The notes beneath the pieces are model-generated. The model was not told where the DNA came from. It was given only the letters and a program-made list of their open reading frames with translations, and ran no database searches. A stretch of 64,000 nucleotides of DNA, taken from assembly GCA_965235115.1 (NCBI GenBank), contig OZ249437.1, forward strand, positions 51,026,001-51,090,000. The letters are read 5' to 3'. Shown one piece after another: positions 52,401-64,000 of this stretch; the stretch's first letter is position 1, and each line of letters opens with the position of its first letter. The position numbers and the translations under genes are program-made. Source of the stretch: Laetmonice hystrix. Its lineage: Eukaryota.

Positions 52401-54851
52401 GTTTTAATTTTTTTATTGTCCATATTTATACACGGTATATATACTCGGCTTAGCAGCCGCCATTACCTTTGGGTACTATAAATATGTTGTCTGTAAACTG
52501 ATGTAAATCTTCACTTATATTTTACAAAGAGTTTTCAAATGAGACATGCTATATCAGGAACTTTGCGAGGATGCTAAAGAACTTGGTAGGATGATCAAAT
52601 ACTTTCGAATGCGCATTTGTAAACATAATTAATCACTTCAACGGAGGGGGGGGAGCACTTTCTGGATTTCTAAAATACCCCATATATTAAAAAGAATGAT
52701 TACGTTCTACTTTTTTGAGCCAATAGTTTTTACATTAGCAATATTTCTTTCTTGTGAGCAGCTGTAGCCCCCGTCACTCCACAGCACCTTGAGCAGGGGT
52801 ATACACCAATGAAAATTCTACCTTCAACAAAATAAAACTGCATGCGTATGTGTATATGAATAATAAACCAGAAATGCCCTCCTGTTTATTTGAATGTTTA
52901 CAAGACATTCTCTCAGGCCATATGTTCGCATAAAAACCTATCTCTGACACAGACATTTCCATATTGATAAAATATACATATGGCAGGAAATGGTGGGTAT
53001 GTGTATGAAGTACCACAGGTTCAGTGTGAACTCCTGCACGCCTGCATGACCTCAGGTCTGAACTACATCCTCCACTCTCAATGATACAGACTGAAAACAA
53101 TTCCATCTAAACTCTACTTCCTCCTGAAACGATTACAAGGACTCTAAAACACCGTTTCGTATCAATACACTCATCCCCCGCAGATCCTCACCGGATTTGA
53201 ACAGTCAGTCCAAGTTTTCCGGCTGACAGCTGCTGACCAGCGCGACTGCCGACAGAAGCGGTCCTCTGGGGCATTCTAGATTCAAAATGTAGAGAGCTAC
53301 CAATATAGAAAGTCTCTGTCCCTGTGGTTTTGACGAGAAGGCCCAGCCATATCGTGTGGCGGGTTGGAGTTCGTCAGAAGGGCAAAGATACAGAGTAGCG
53401 CTGTGATCATAGAGACGGAAAGATGGATGACGTGTTGGACGTCCTGCCGGGGCCCCGCGCCCCTCAGTCTGTCTGCCGGCGGGCTCAGCGCCCTGCCCGG
53501 CACGCCCACCTCCCTCGGGGGTGGCCGACCCGATAACACTGTCCCCACATCAACCAGCCCCACCACACGTCTACCGTGGACAGCCACCGACTCCCACCCC
53601 TCCGTGTTTCGCTTTCACTGCCCTCCTATTGCCACTAAATCGTCCCCATATGGTGATGATAGATACCGTCGTGCAATAATTACAAGCCATGTTGTCTTTT
53701 TGGAACGACAATAAGAGAGGGCCGAACGGGACAGGGTCTATCGGGAAATGATCTTGTCTCCACGTATCGGCCTAAAGTCGTCGTTTTTTTTCTCTCCGCC
53801 ATGCAACTTGATGGATGACTGGAGGGATACCCATGATAAATGACCTTTATAATCTGATGGAGCTATTCAAAGACGGACCTTATCGGCCTATTTACCGGTC
53901 ACTTACTCGACTCTCTCGGAGGAAGGCTAGGAGAGAGATGGCTGGAGAATACACCCACATCCTTCACACCTCCCCGTCCGACAATTCTTCCGTGAATACA
54001 GTAACCACGCGCTAACGTTTCGGCCTAATGGATCGTTCACGTGGTTTTTGCTGCTGAAGCTCCGAGATTTATGGTTTCTGGAATCGCGGTTGGAGTATGG
54101 CTTTACAAGGCCTTCCAGCCCAAGGGTATTCGCGTATGGGTGTCACCCGTGTAAGGCGTGATCTCGGCACATTCGTCTCTGTCGTTAAAGTGTTAATCTT
54201 GTACAGGAGACGTGACAAGTTGAAGTACATGTACCGGTGGGGGTATCCGAACGAGGCCCTTTTGTGGCTGGAGAAAACATTGACAAATAACCTCGGCTTT
54301 TCTCTGGAGGTGATGCCTTTGGAATGACCAACCTGAACCATAACCTCTAGTACCTTCGACTGCGAGTAATTGATATACCTTTGCTATAGCATTAATGTGT
54401 GGGTTGGTATACGTGTAATGTAAGTTATTATAGAACTGTTACATATGGCTTTACATATTATCCTCAGAACTGAAAGTATACATAAAACATACCTGCCCTG
54501 TGATGTAAATGCAGTCAGATGTAAAGATATTTTATCTAAGGCGATGAGATCAATTGATCCGAGTATACGTTGTCGTCCTTAGCTAAGTTTGTTCGCCTGT
54601 GGAAAGGACACCGTCGGAGGTTCGTTTGATGCAGTAATTCATCATTGTCGTTGATTCCATTGGCAAGCAGTCGCGAGGAATCTCTTTCTCAACGGCATTC
54701 GGATTTTAAGGAGGGTAGCCATTATTGATACAGGTAGTAGGGTATACCGAGTAGCCCCCCTAACCCTAGACTCAGCTCGTAAACCCCAGCAAATGCGGCC
54801 AAATAATCTTAAATCAAGACGAAGGAGTCGACGTGGAGGTGGGTCGCCCGT

Positions 54852-56534
54852 TCACTTATTGTTCGGTATATGTTGAAGACTCAGCCAGGACTGTTTGGTT
54901 GTATCACTTATTGTTCGGTATATGTGGAAGACTCAGCCAGGACTGTTTGGTTGTATCACTTGTCGATAGATGTTGAGGACTCGGCCAGGACTGTTTTGTT
55001 GTATCACTTATTGTCGATAGAATCTGATGTTGAGGACTCAGCCAGGACTGTTTTGTTGTATCACTTATTGTCGATAGATGTTGAGGACTCAGCCAGGACT
55101 GTTTGGTTGTATCACTTATTGTCGATAGATGTTGAGGACTCAGCCAGGACTGTTTGGTTGTATCACTTATTGTCGATAGATGTTGAGGACTCAGCCAGGA
55201 CTGTTTGGTTGTATCACTTATTGTTCGATAGATGTTGAGGACTCAGCCAGGACTGTTTGGTTGTATCACTTATTGTTCGATAGATGTTGAGGACTCAGCC
55301 AGGACTGTTTGGTTGTATCACTTATTGTCGATAGATGTTGAGGATTCAGCCAGGACTGTTGGGTTGTATCATTTATTGTCGATAGATGTTGAGGACTCAG
55401 CCAGGACTGTTTGGTTGTATCACTTATTGTCGATAGATGTTGAGGACTTAGCCAGGACTGTTTGGTTGTATCACTTATTGTCGATAGATGTTGAGGACTC
55501 AGCCAGGACTGTTTGGTTGTATCACTTATTGTCGATAGATGTTGAGGACTCAGCCAGGACTGTTTGGTTGTATCACTTATTGTTGATAGATGTTGTGAGG
55601 ACTCAGCCAGGACTGTTTGGTTGTATCACTTATTGTCGATAGATGTTGAGGACTCAGCCAGGCCTGTTTGGTTGTATCACTTATTGTCGATAGATGTTGA
55701 GGACTCAGCCAGGACTGTTTGGTTGTATCACTTATTGTCGATATATGTTCAGGACTCAGCCAGGACTGTTTGGTTGTATCACTTATTGTTCGATAGATGT
55801 TGAGGATTCAGCCAGGACTGTTGGGTTGTATCATTTATTGTCGATAGATGTTGAGGACTCAGCCAGGACTGTTTGGTTGTATCACTTATTGTCGATAGAT
55901 GTTGAGGACTTAGCCAGGACTGTTTGGTTGTATCACTTATTGTTGATAGATGTTGAGGACTCAGCCAGGACTGTTTGGTTGTATCACTTATTGTCGATAG
56001 ATGTTGAGGACTCAGCCAGGACTGTTTGGTTGTATCACTTATTGTCGATAGATGTTCAGGACTCAGCCAGGACTGTTTGGTTGTATCACTTATTGTCGAT
56101 ATATGTTCAGGACTCAGCCAGGACTGTTTGGTTGTATCACTTATTGTTGATAGATGTTGAGGATTCAGCCAGGACTGTTTGGTTGTATCACTTATTGTCG
56201 ATAGATGTTGAGGACTCAGCCAGGATTGTTTGGTTGTATCACTTATTGTTGATAGATGTTGAGGATTCAGCCAGGACTGTTTGGTTGTATCACTTATTGT
56301 CGATATATGTTCAGGACTCAGCCAGGACTGTTTGGTTGTATCACTTATTGTCGATAGATGTTGAGGACTCAGCCAGGACTGTTTGGTTGTATCACTTATT
56401 GTTGATAGATGTTGAGGATTCAGCCAGGACTGTTTGGTTGTATCACTTATTGTCGATAGATGTTGAGGACTCAGCCAGGATTGTTTGGTTGTATCACTTA
56501 TTGTCGATAGATGTTGAGGACTGTTTGGTTGTAT
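54852..56534. repeat. Minisatellite, 51-bp unit x about 33
   Basis: Unit gatgttgaggactcagccaggactgtttggttgtatcacttattgtcgata; some 52-bp copies and small insertions shift the frame. Confidence 0.99.
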
Positions 56535-57247
56535 TTATGCAGAGCCTATTCTCCGAATCGCTTTCCTTTTCTTCACTTCCGCCTTAGATAAGAACTAATA
56601 CGGCGGTCGTTGAGAGTACAAGTGGACCGAAGAAACATTGGCTTTCCACGCCAAACCGTCTAGATTAAATGGATTACTTGGAATTTGTAATGAATATTCG
56701 ATAATGAGATGTGTATGCAGGTTTACTGACCTCATAGTCTCCCTACTACAGCCATTGTCGTTTAGCCTTCATCCCGGTGTTGTCACCGAGCTCGTACATT
56801 ATGGTGAGGTAGTCTCACTATTTTCGGTTTTGGCGAGGTAGCATGCATGGTTGTGCCAGACATTCTATTTTTTCACATCGATGTCGTCTGTATCATTTGC
56901 GTGCCACACACACCCCAAAGCCATTAAAAATAGATGGAGAGAAAGCCCCATCAGGGTCTTAGAAAAATGTTTCAGTTTGCCTGACTCCATGAGAAGCCAT
57001 GCTATGTGGTCCACGGTCAGTACGTGTATGGTTGGAATGTAAGCACCCTGGAGAACAGTCATTAAATGTCTCGTCTCGGGTGACAATTATTCTAGACGGC
57101 CAGCTGGACAACTTGTCACAGATTGACCGTGCATCGATACGGGCTGAGTCCCCACTAACTGAGTGGTGGGCGGGTTCTGTGTGATAGGTGGGCCGCCAAT
57201 CTTAGCCGTGCGACATTGACGTGTCACTGTCCGTCATACAGACAATA

Positions 57248-58166
57248 TATCAGAACGTCACGCGGTGTACGTCAGACTATCAGAACGTCACGCGGTGTAC
57301 GTCATACTATCAGAACGTCACGCGGCATACGTCAGACTATCAGAACGTCACGCGGTGTACGTCAGACTATCAGAACGTCACCCGGTATACGTCAGACTAT
57401 CAGAACGTCACGCGGTGTACGTCAGACTATCAGAACGTCACGCGGTGTACGTCAAACTCAGAACGTCACGCGGTGTACGTCAGACTATCAGAACGTCACG
57501 CGGTGTACGTCAGACTATCAAAACGTCACGCGGCGTACGTCAAACTATCAGAACGTTACGCGGCGTACGTCAGACTATCAGAACGTCACGCGGTGTACGT
57601 CAGACTATCAGTACGTCACACGGTGTACGTCAGACTATCAGAACGTCACGCGGCGTACGTCAGACTATCAGAACGTCACGCGGCGTACGTCAAACTATCA
57701 GAACGTCACGCGGCGTACGTCAGACTATCAGAACGTCACGCGGTGTACGTCAGACTATCAGAACGTCACGCGGTGTACGTCAGACTATCAGAACGTCACG
57801 CGGTGTACGTCAGACTATCAGAACGTCACGCGGTGTACGTCAGACTATCAGAACGTCACGCGGTGTACGTCAGACTATCAGAACGTCACGCGGTGTACGT
57901 CAGACTAACAGAACGTCACGCGGTGTACGTCAGACTATCAGAACGTCACGCGGCGTACGTCAGACTATCAGAACGTCACGCGGCGTACGTCAGACTATCA
58001 GAACGTCACGCGGCGTACGTCAGACTATCAGAACGTAATGCGGCGTACGTCAGACTATCAGAACGTCACGCGGTGTACGTCAGACTATCAGAACGTCACG
58101 CGGTGTACGTCAGACTATCAGAACGTCACGCGGTGTACGTCAGACTATCAGAACGTCACGCAGTGT
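57248..58166. repeat. Minisatellite, 30-bp CpG-rich unit x about 31
   Basis: Unit atcagaacgtcacgcgg(t/c)gtacgtcagact; one copy near 57455 lacks 2 nt. Confidence 0.99.
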
Positions 58167-59123
58167 AGGCCTACGTGCCCCGTGCCACTCCTTCCATCTC
58201 ACATTACCTTCAGTCCAATCGAGAATTTTGGACATTGCATTTTAAACCAAGCCAGGTTATGTAGTGCAGACGGCAATGAAACCTTATCTCAGCGTGACAT
58301 TCTTATTTTCTCTCCGAAGTGCCTTGGTTTTTGCAACCTAGCAGCGATTTTTTTTTCAAATGTTAATGCACATATCTTGTAATCAGTACAAAAATGCTTA
58401 TTGCACTGACAATTATAGTATTGTGATGTCATAAACATCAATTATATAACGATCCATCTGTCCACAAACTCTCCAGTTCCACATATAGCCTTTGTCTCCG
58501 GTGTAACAACAGAGAACCGATTCGTCCCTTTCCCCCTCCAATGGCATGCAGACCGAACCTCGGCTAAAATCTCCGTGACAGACAGCGACCCATTGGAACC
58601 GCGACCTCTAACCCGGCAGTGTTTAATACTGACCAGCTCGACTTGACAGGGGTCAGTTCGGGCGGACCGCTTGACGGACAACATTTTGGCGTGGCCACCT
58701 CGTTGCCCACATCCACAGCCAGAGCCAGTACCCGTTATCATATTTGGCCCACCATGGGGGTGTGTTGACGCTGGCGTGGACGGTTCGCACACGCAGGCGG
58801 GCTTTGATTGTATTTTAAACTCCGCACGCTTTGGGCCCAGTCTTTCTTTATTTTCCCTCGGTAGGCCAATTCACTATCGAAGTCGTGCAGTGGCGTCCCC
58901 GACCTCACACGACCGCGCCCAGTTCTACAATTAACGTTCAGGCAATAACACGCATTCTTGACTTTACCCACCGGAGATGTTTTTAAGTCTTTAAGTGGCT
59001 GAGAGCCGTGCACATTTTTCCAATTTAACACTTGACCCTGGACACATAGACAGGTAAACTTGGCGGCGAACTCGATATCTTATTTTCTCAGCGTGGTTGT
59101 TTTATTATAAACAGTGCCGACAT

Positions 59124-59176
59124 GGTGTATTCTGGGAGATAAGGGCCACCTTAGGGTGACTACAATTGCCAGCAGC
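59124..59176. promoter_or_regulatory. Divergent pair of ZNF143/STAF-like motifs
   Basis: TCTCCCAGAATACACC on the minus strand (59124-59139) and ACTACAATTGCCAGCA on the plus strand (59159-59174; one mismatch to ACTACAATTCCCAGCA). Confidence 0.25.
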
Positions 59177-60868
59177 GAGAAGGAACAGGAATGATAACTT
59201 CTCAAATACCCTGGGGCGACAAGCGTCTTGCTTGCCTCAGGCTATACGCGGTGTTTCTCCCAAACTTCCACTCACCATGAATGTATACAGCAGACCCCCG
59301 TAAACAGCAAACACACCACAGGCCTATACCTCCTGTAAACCGGGCTCGACTTTCAAAGCATGTATCATGCAGTACAGATCTATAACCTTACTTCCTTCAC
59401 AGCCTTATAAGCAATATTTGCAGAATGATTCAAAAAGTGCAGATGATATGGGTTTGAATGGTATACCGTAGAAGATCATAACAGGATACAGTATGGCAAA
59501 TATGAGGCTCCACTGGTATTGATTACACATCGCTTTCCCTCCATGTGGCGGAGAAAACGACGTATCAGTTTCGGCCCGTCCGGAACCTGTGTGGGCTGGA
59601 CATCTCCTGGCGCAAGATTGAACCTGTCCAATTTGTATGATCTCCCATTGTATTCTATAGGAGATATTTCCTTTGGCAGGGAGTCTGCTAACCCGTGTTT
59701 CTGTTACCTTTCCATACATATATACACGAACTCGTACCCACATAGGGCTTATACAGGAAGAGTGCCACATGCCGCAAATTACATCGTGTATAGGTACCTA
59801 TATGTTTGCCAGCTTCCCCAGTACCACATCTGCTCTGTGCGTACAGATGCAGGAGAAACTGTTCCACTCGAGACCACAGGGATATAAACACTAATTAAGT
59901 CACGACTCGCATAATGAAATCAAGTTCCCGTATTTATTCCAATGAAGCATGATTCTATTACTTTCCCTGAAATGGTCTCATCGGAATATTACCCTGGAGA
60001 CATCTGCAGAGTTTTTCTATATACGGATTAAGTTTGTCGGCCGAAATACCAAGCATTATCATATAGATAAACAAATGTATATTGAGAAGAAATTAATCCG
60101 TTGAGCACAGCTGTAATATTGAGGCGGATCTATAACAGGATGTTGGTTTCATTAGACTTGTATTGTTGAAGTATATGACTCGTTGTTATCTACGCCACGA
60201 AATACACTTGTATAAGTATTTCCTCAAGTCAATCGTACTGAGAGGAATAAGATAAAGCCATGAGCTGTGTCCAAACACACAATCATGACGTTTTCATTGT
60301 GCAGCGTCGGCCGCGAGCAGACGTTGTCGTCAGTTTGACGGCGTCCGAGCGAGCGGAACGTCAACAGACCACGTCTGTTAGCGTAACGGCCGCGCAAATT
60401 ATGAAAGCTGCCCACTGAGCCAGCTGCGCAGGTTGTCGCCCTTGTGTCGTATCAACCGCACACCCACACGCCAAATGACAAACGGGGGGCAGGGACCTGA
60501 CCCCACCCCAGGGGGATTGGCTTTGGTAAAACCCCTTGGGGATAGACTCGGGTCGCCGACCCCCAGCACGTGCCACGGATGTAAAGGATCGAGAGAGACG
60601 GGGTCGGTGCGGCCATTGGGGCTGGAAGGGGTGGTCAAAATCAAAGCAGTCAGTGTTCATTTTGACGAGCCGTGGCATTATTCGCGCGAATTTTGTTAAT
60701 GTTTAGCATTTCGCGGGTTGAGTAATTGGAGCGTTCCGGGCCGCCAGCGATGGTGCGTCTCTAGGGAGCGGGAAATGCGCGTCGACCGCGACGATGTGGC
60801 GTTTGATGCCAGCGACAGAGGGGGAGGAAATTGGTGGCCATTTGGTGTCCCCGCCCCCTGCTTTTCAG

Positions 60869-60932
60869 GGAATATTGGGGACATCATGGCTCGTTAGCGC
60901 CACGGGGTGGGACCTGCTTGAAGACAATAGCG
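60869..60932 (+). other. Candidate 64-nt exon (strong splice signals, product not recognised)
   Basis: Acceptor ccccgccccctgcttttcAG|G at 60867-60868 and donor GCG|GTAAGT at 60933. Two of three frames are open (REYWGHHGSLAPRGGTCLKTIA or GILGTSWLVSATGWDLLEDNS). Such pairs also arise by chance. Confidence 0.25.
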
Positions 60933-63900
60933 GTAAGTAACCTCCATGAACAGGCAAGCTGCCGTCGGGAGAGTGTCTATAGAATCACGTTCTCCAAGTC
61001 ATCAGGCCAATGGTCAGCCGAGCCGACCGCCGTGGTGTTGATGGGTGTGTGTGTGTCGACCCCACCCGGTAGGTTTACAAACTCTCCGGTCTGCGGGGAT
61101 CACAGGGGAAAAATAGAGGCCAGCTGATGATCGGTCGGAATGGACAGAGAGGGTCGGCCGCTGGTCCGAGGTCTGTAAGTGGGGCGGCGGTAGGCCAGGC
61201 TTGTGCAGTCACATCTGTCCAGCTTAAAGCCTTGCGCCTGGTCATCTGTCCAAGTAATAAGCGGCTGCCAATCTGAAACGGCGACATCGTTGTTTAAACT
61301 GGGCTTTAGCCTGACAGGCAAAGTAGTTGGTCTGATGGAAATGCCCAGAAAGAAAGACTATTATATCTTCACTGAGGACAGCCTGACTCCGAGAGGAAAC
61401 CTGTAGCCTAACATTTGATCTCAGAGCTATCCTATCTACACCAAGCAACGGTTTCTATGTTAGCAGAAGGATCTACAAGCCTTAGATCTCATAGCCGTTT
61501 CCCACAGCGCTTTACATTGACAGATTTTCTGATCATGAAGGGATGGACCTTCAGCCAAACCAGCCAGCCAACGCTGCTTCAGCTTTGAACAGGAAGAGGG
61601 CTGGTTAGAAAGATCATGCGAGAAAACACCACCGACATCCCACTCGAAGTATAGAGAAGAGCGTAGTACTTAAAGAAGACACCTAGGTAAAGGTGGAGGA
61701 TATTAAGAAGACAGAGCCCAGTACCAGGTGTAGAGAGATTAGGGAGGGGATAACGGAAGGGGGATGGAGAAAACACGGTGAGATATAAACAATGCCAGAT
61801 TTCGGCAGACAGGGGGACAAAGCCAAACGGGAAGACAGCCACACAGAGAAGGGCAAAGGACCACACAACGGAACTGAAGCTTGTATGCAGATTAGAAAGC
61901 GTAATTTCAGGGAGGGGCAAATTGGAGTGGTGACAAAGAGCAGAAAACATAGCAAACTGGGTGGCGACCCGCCCCTGGATCTCGTCGATTGTCCGACTAG
62001 TGACGTTTTCTTTGTCCCGTCCTTTGCGTGCTGACTATCCATTCTGAGCCGGGCTTTAATCATCGACAATATTTGTGCGCCGCAAGGCGGCAATATGAAA
62101 AGCAGTTATTTTGTCCGGTGGGATTCGAGAACTGTATCTGTTCAAGTTCATTACGAAACGGATCAGTTGGAAAGTCTGACAGTTAACGGGAGCATAACTG
62201 AGTGTGGGACACTGCAGGTAGCCGAGTTGGAAGGGAGGTCTGCGGTTTCTCAAAATCAGTCACACTTGGAATCTAACGTTATACTTTCCCCTAGAGGGCC
62301 ACCGGGCAGTCTGAACAAGGCGTGCATGCACCTTCACCCTGCCACCTCGTGTCTCTGCAGGGAGATACCTGCAGAATCTCTGCCCTGGGCGGCCAGTGTT
62401 TATTGCCCTGTTTTGTGGCCAGACATACCATTGGCTCAGACAGAATATGGCAGGCGTCCAGAGAGATATAGGTGATGTGAAGTCTCGAGTGGGTCTCTCT
62501 CTGGCTGACCACTGACGGCGAGCACGACATATGGTACCTGTCTTAAGTCGGTCGGTCGACTGTGGTCACTTGGTCGCTTCCAAATGGCTCTGCCCTTAAC
62601 ATCATTTATCTTCCATTAGCTGCTGTCGGCTGAAGGCAGCGTCTAGCGTCAGCACGTGGTTATCGGGCTGTGTGCTCGGATCAGATATCGAGTTATGCCT
62701 AGGCAGCGACAAAGCCAGCCGTCTGCCCGACCCACGGCTTGGCTCGGTTCGGCCCGGCTCGGCCTGGCCCGGGACCCCGCCCAGACCACGGCTCCCGGCC
62801 GCCAGCCTGGCCCCGACCGTCCCTACTTAGCAGGCCGGGCCGTCCATCAAAACCTCCCGCACTGGATTCCGTATGTTATCCCGCCCTCTCGGGGTCGGGG
62901 TCACTGGAGACCGGTCAGGCATTAGACTACCAAAGCCAGTCTCCCGGACCAGACTTCGGTGCCATTAGAGTAAGGAGTAATGTAAGTCCTTCCACTCCTC
63001 TCTTCATCAACACTGCTGACACACGGTCAGATTTCCCTGATCCCTGACAAAATATATAATGATAACGAAAGAATCGCAAAACTGCGAGTCCGGTGGGAGC
63101 CGAGGAGATCGATTCGGACTGCCTGGTGCCGAATCAAAGAAAGAAGGGTGGGAAGAAAAATACCTTCATCAGCTTGGATTGGATTTTTATCTAATCTGGG
63201 TAGCATCGAAATGGTATCCATTATCCTCTCTATCAGTACAAACAAGATCAGATAAAGCTAGGGCCGGAAATATCCTTTGCTCAATTCCAATTCTGCTTTT
63301 AAGAAAGAAGGAGAGCGCCAACCCATGTTTCCCCTGCCGATAGCGTGGATATGATGTAGACATCTGATTACGGGTTATCATTACCCACTCTCGCTGGTAT
63401 TGTTTAATAAATCCTCGAGTTCTCTTCTAAAACATATACGCCGATAATAATCTAGCTCACGATACGGCAGGTTTTTCTCTCCGTCAGTTCAATGCTTAGT
63501 CCTACCACCACCATGTTGGGCATTTTGGCTCCAAGTGTGGCCTCGGAAACCGAACTGTCTGCCTCCGAAATAAATCCTTAAAGAGTCTTCATCTCTCCAA
63601 GCCTTATGAACTATATTCTTTCCACTCCATCAAACCCGAAGAGTGCCTTTTGGCAGGTTGTTGTTGAGTTTGCAGGCCGGCGACACCATTATGAGATTGG
63701 AGGCAACTCATTTTGGAATATTGAAAAGACACTCTGCCCGGCCGCTGCTTGGCCCCTGCTCCGGTGAGTGTAACCCCCTCCATGCCCGGGGTCTGTCTGA
63801 ACGGGACTCTGAGAGCAATAACGGCCCTTCTGGGCGGCACCTTTCTCACCTCTTCACCCCAATACCAAATGGCACAGATTCAGTCAGCAGCTAATGTTAG

Positions 63901-64000
63901 ACTACACGTTTAATTTTGAGTGGAGAATGTATAGAAATGACACTTTGGATCAAAAGGAAACTCTTTAGCGTAGGCGCCTTCATATCGATTTGATTTTCCT

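Noticed and set aside
54852-58166. Long ORFs of 122-315 aa (DVEDSARTVWLYHLLSI and SDYQNVTRCT/HAVYVRLSER repeats)
   Set aside because: They are artefacts of 51- and 30-bp units that are multiples of 3. Several frames are open at once, and 52-bp copies and a 2-nt deletion shift the frame freely.
58384-58420. QYKNAYC as a downstream exon fragment
   Set aside because: A stop lies 15 codons upstream in that frame, there is no matching N-terminal residue pattern and no suitable acceptor.
1-64000. Whole window as an intact endogenous large DNA virus or Polinton
   Set aside because: The ORF length distribution is at chance level and I recognised no polymerase, terminase/ATPase, capsid, integrase or protease motif. 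Only the weaker eroded-remnant hypothesis is kept in the findings.

Overview
This is mostly non-coding animal (metazoan) genomic DNA, not a prokaryotic or compact viral sequence. It has one 134-N scaffold gap, no rRNA, no intact tRNA, no CRISPR array and no recognisable transposase, reverse transcriptase or viral hallmark gene. The ORF track is essentially at chance level. For random sequence of balanced composition I expect about 6,000 stop-to-stop intervals in six frames, about 340 of 60 codons or more and about 3 of 160 codons or more; every ORF over 170 aa here is made by a tandem repeat whose unit is a multiple of 3. The one convincing coding feature is a 142-nt spliced exon at 42315-42456 (+), with branch point, AG acceptor and GT donor. 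It encodes GLCRFPVDWQGRWYQSGLGEVVIRNHTFTQKGLCHEHHRDYYLVEN, which matches from memory the N-terminal CxFPxxWxGxW(F/Y)xSG domain of an uncharacterised secreted/membrane invertebrate protein family (DUF7044-type, PTHR22255-like). I found no partner exon, so much of the window is probably giant intron. The rest holds ten unrelated 30-82 bp minisatellite arrays (about 6 kb, about 9% of the window), microsatellites, a TTAA-flanked MITE, two MITE-like fragments, a tRNA-derived Pol III A/B-box cassette and a few promoter-like motif clusters. Several protein-like translation fragments could be eroded genes, but they are not statistically distinguishable from chance without homology searches. I did not find a demonstrable new biological system. 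The best leads are the lone DUF exon with its adjacent repeat-ORF, the palindrome-bearing minisatellites and the possible eroded coding remnants.
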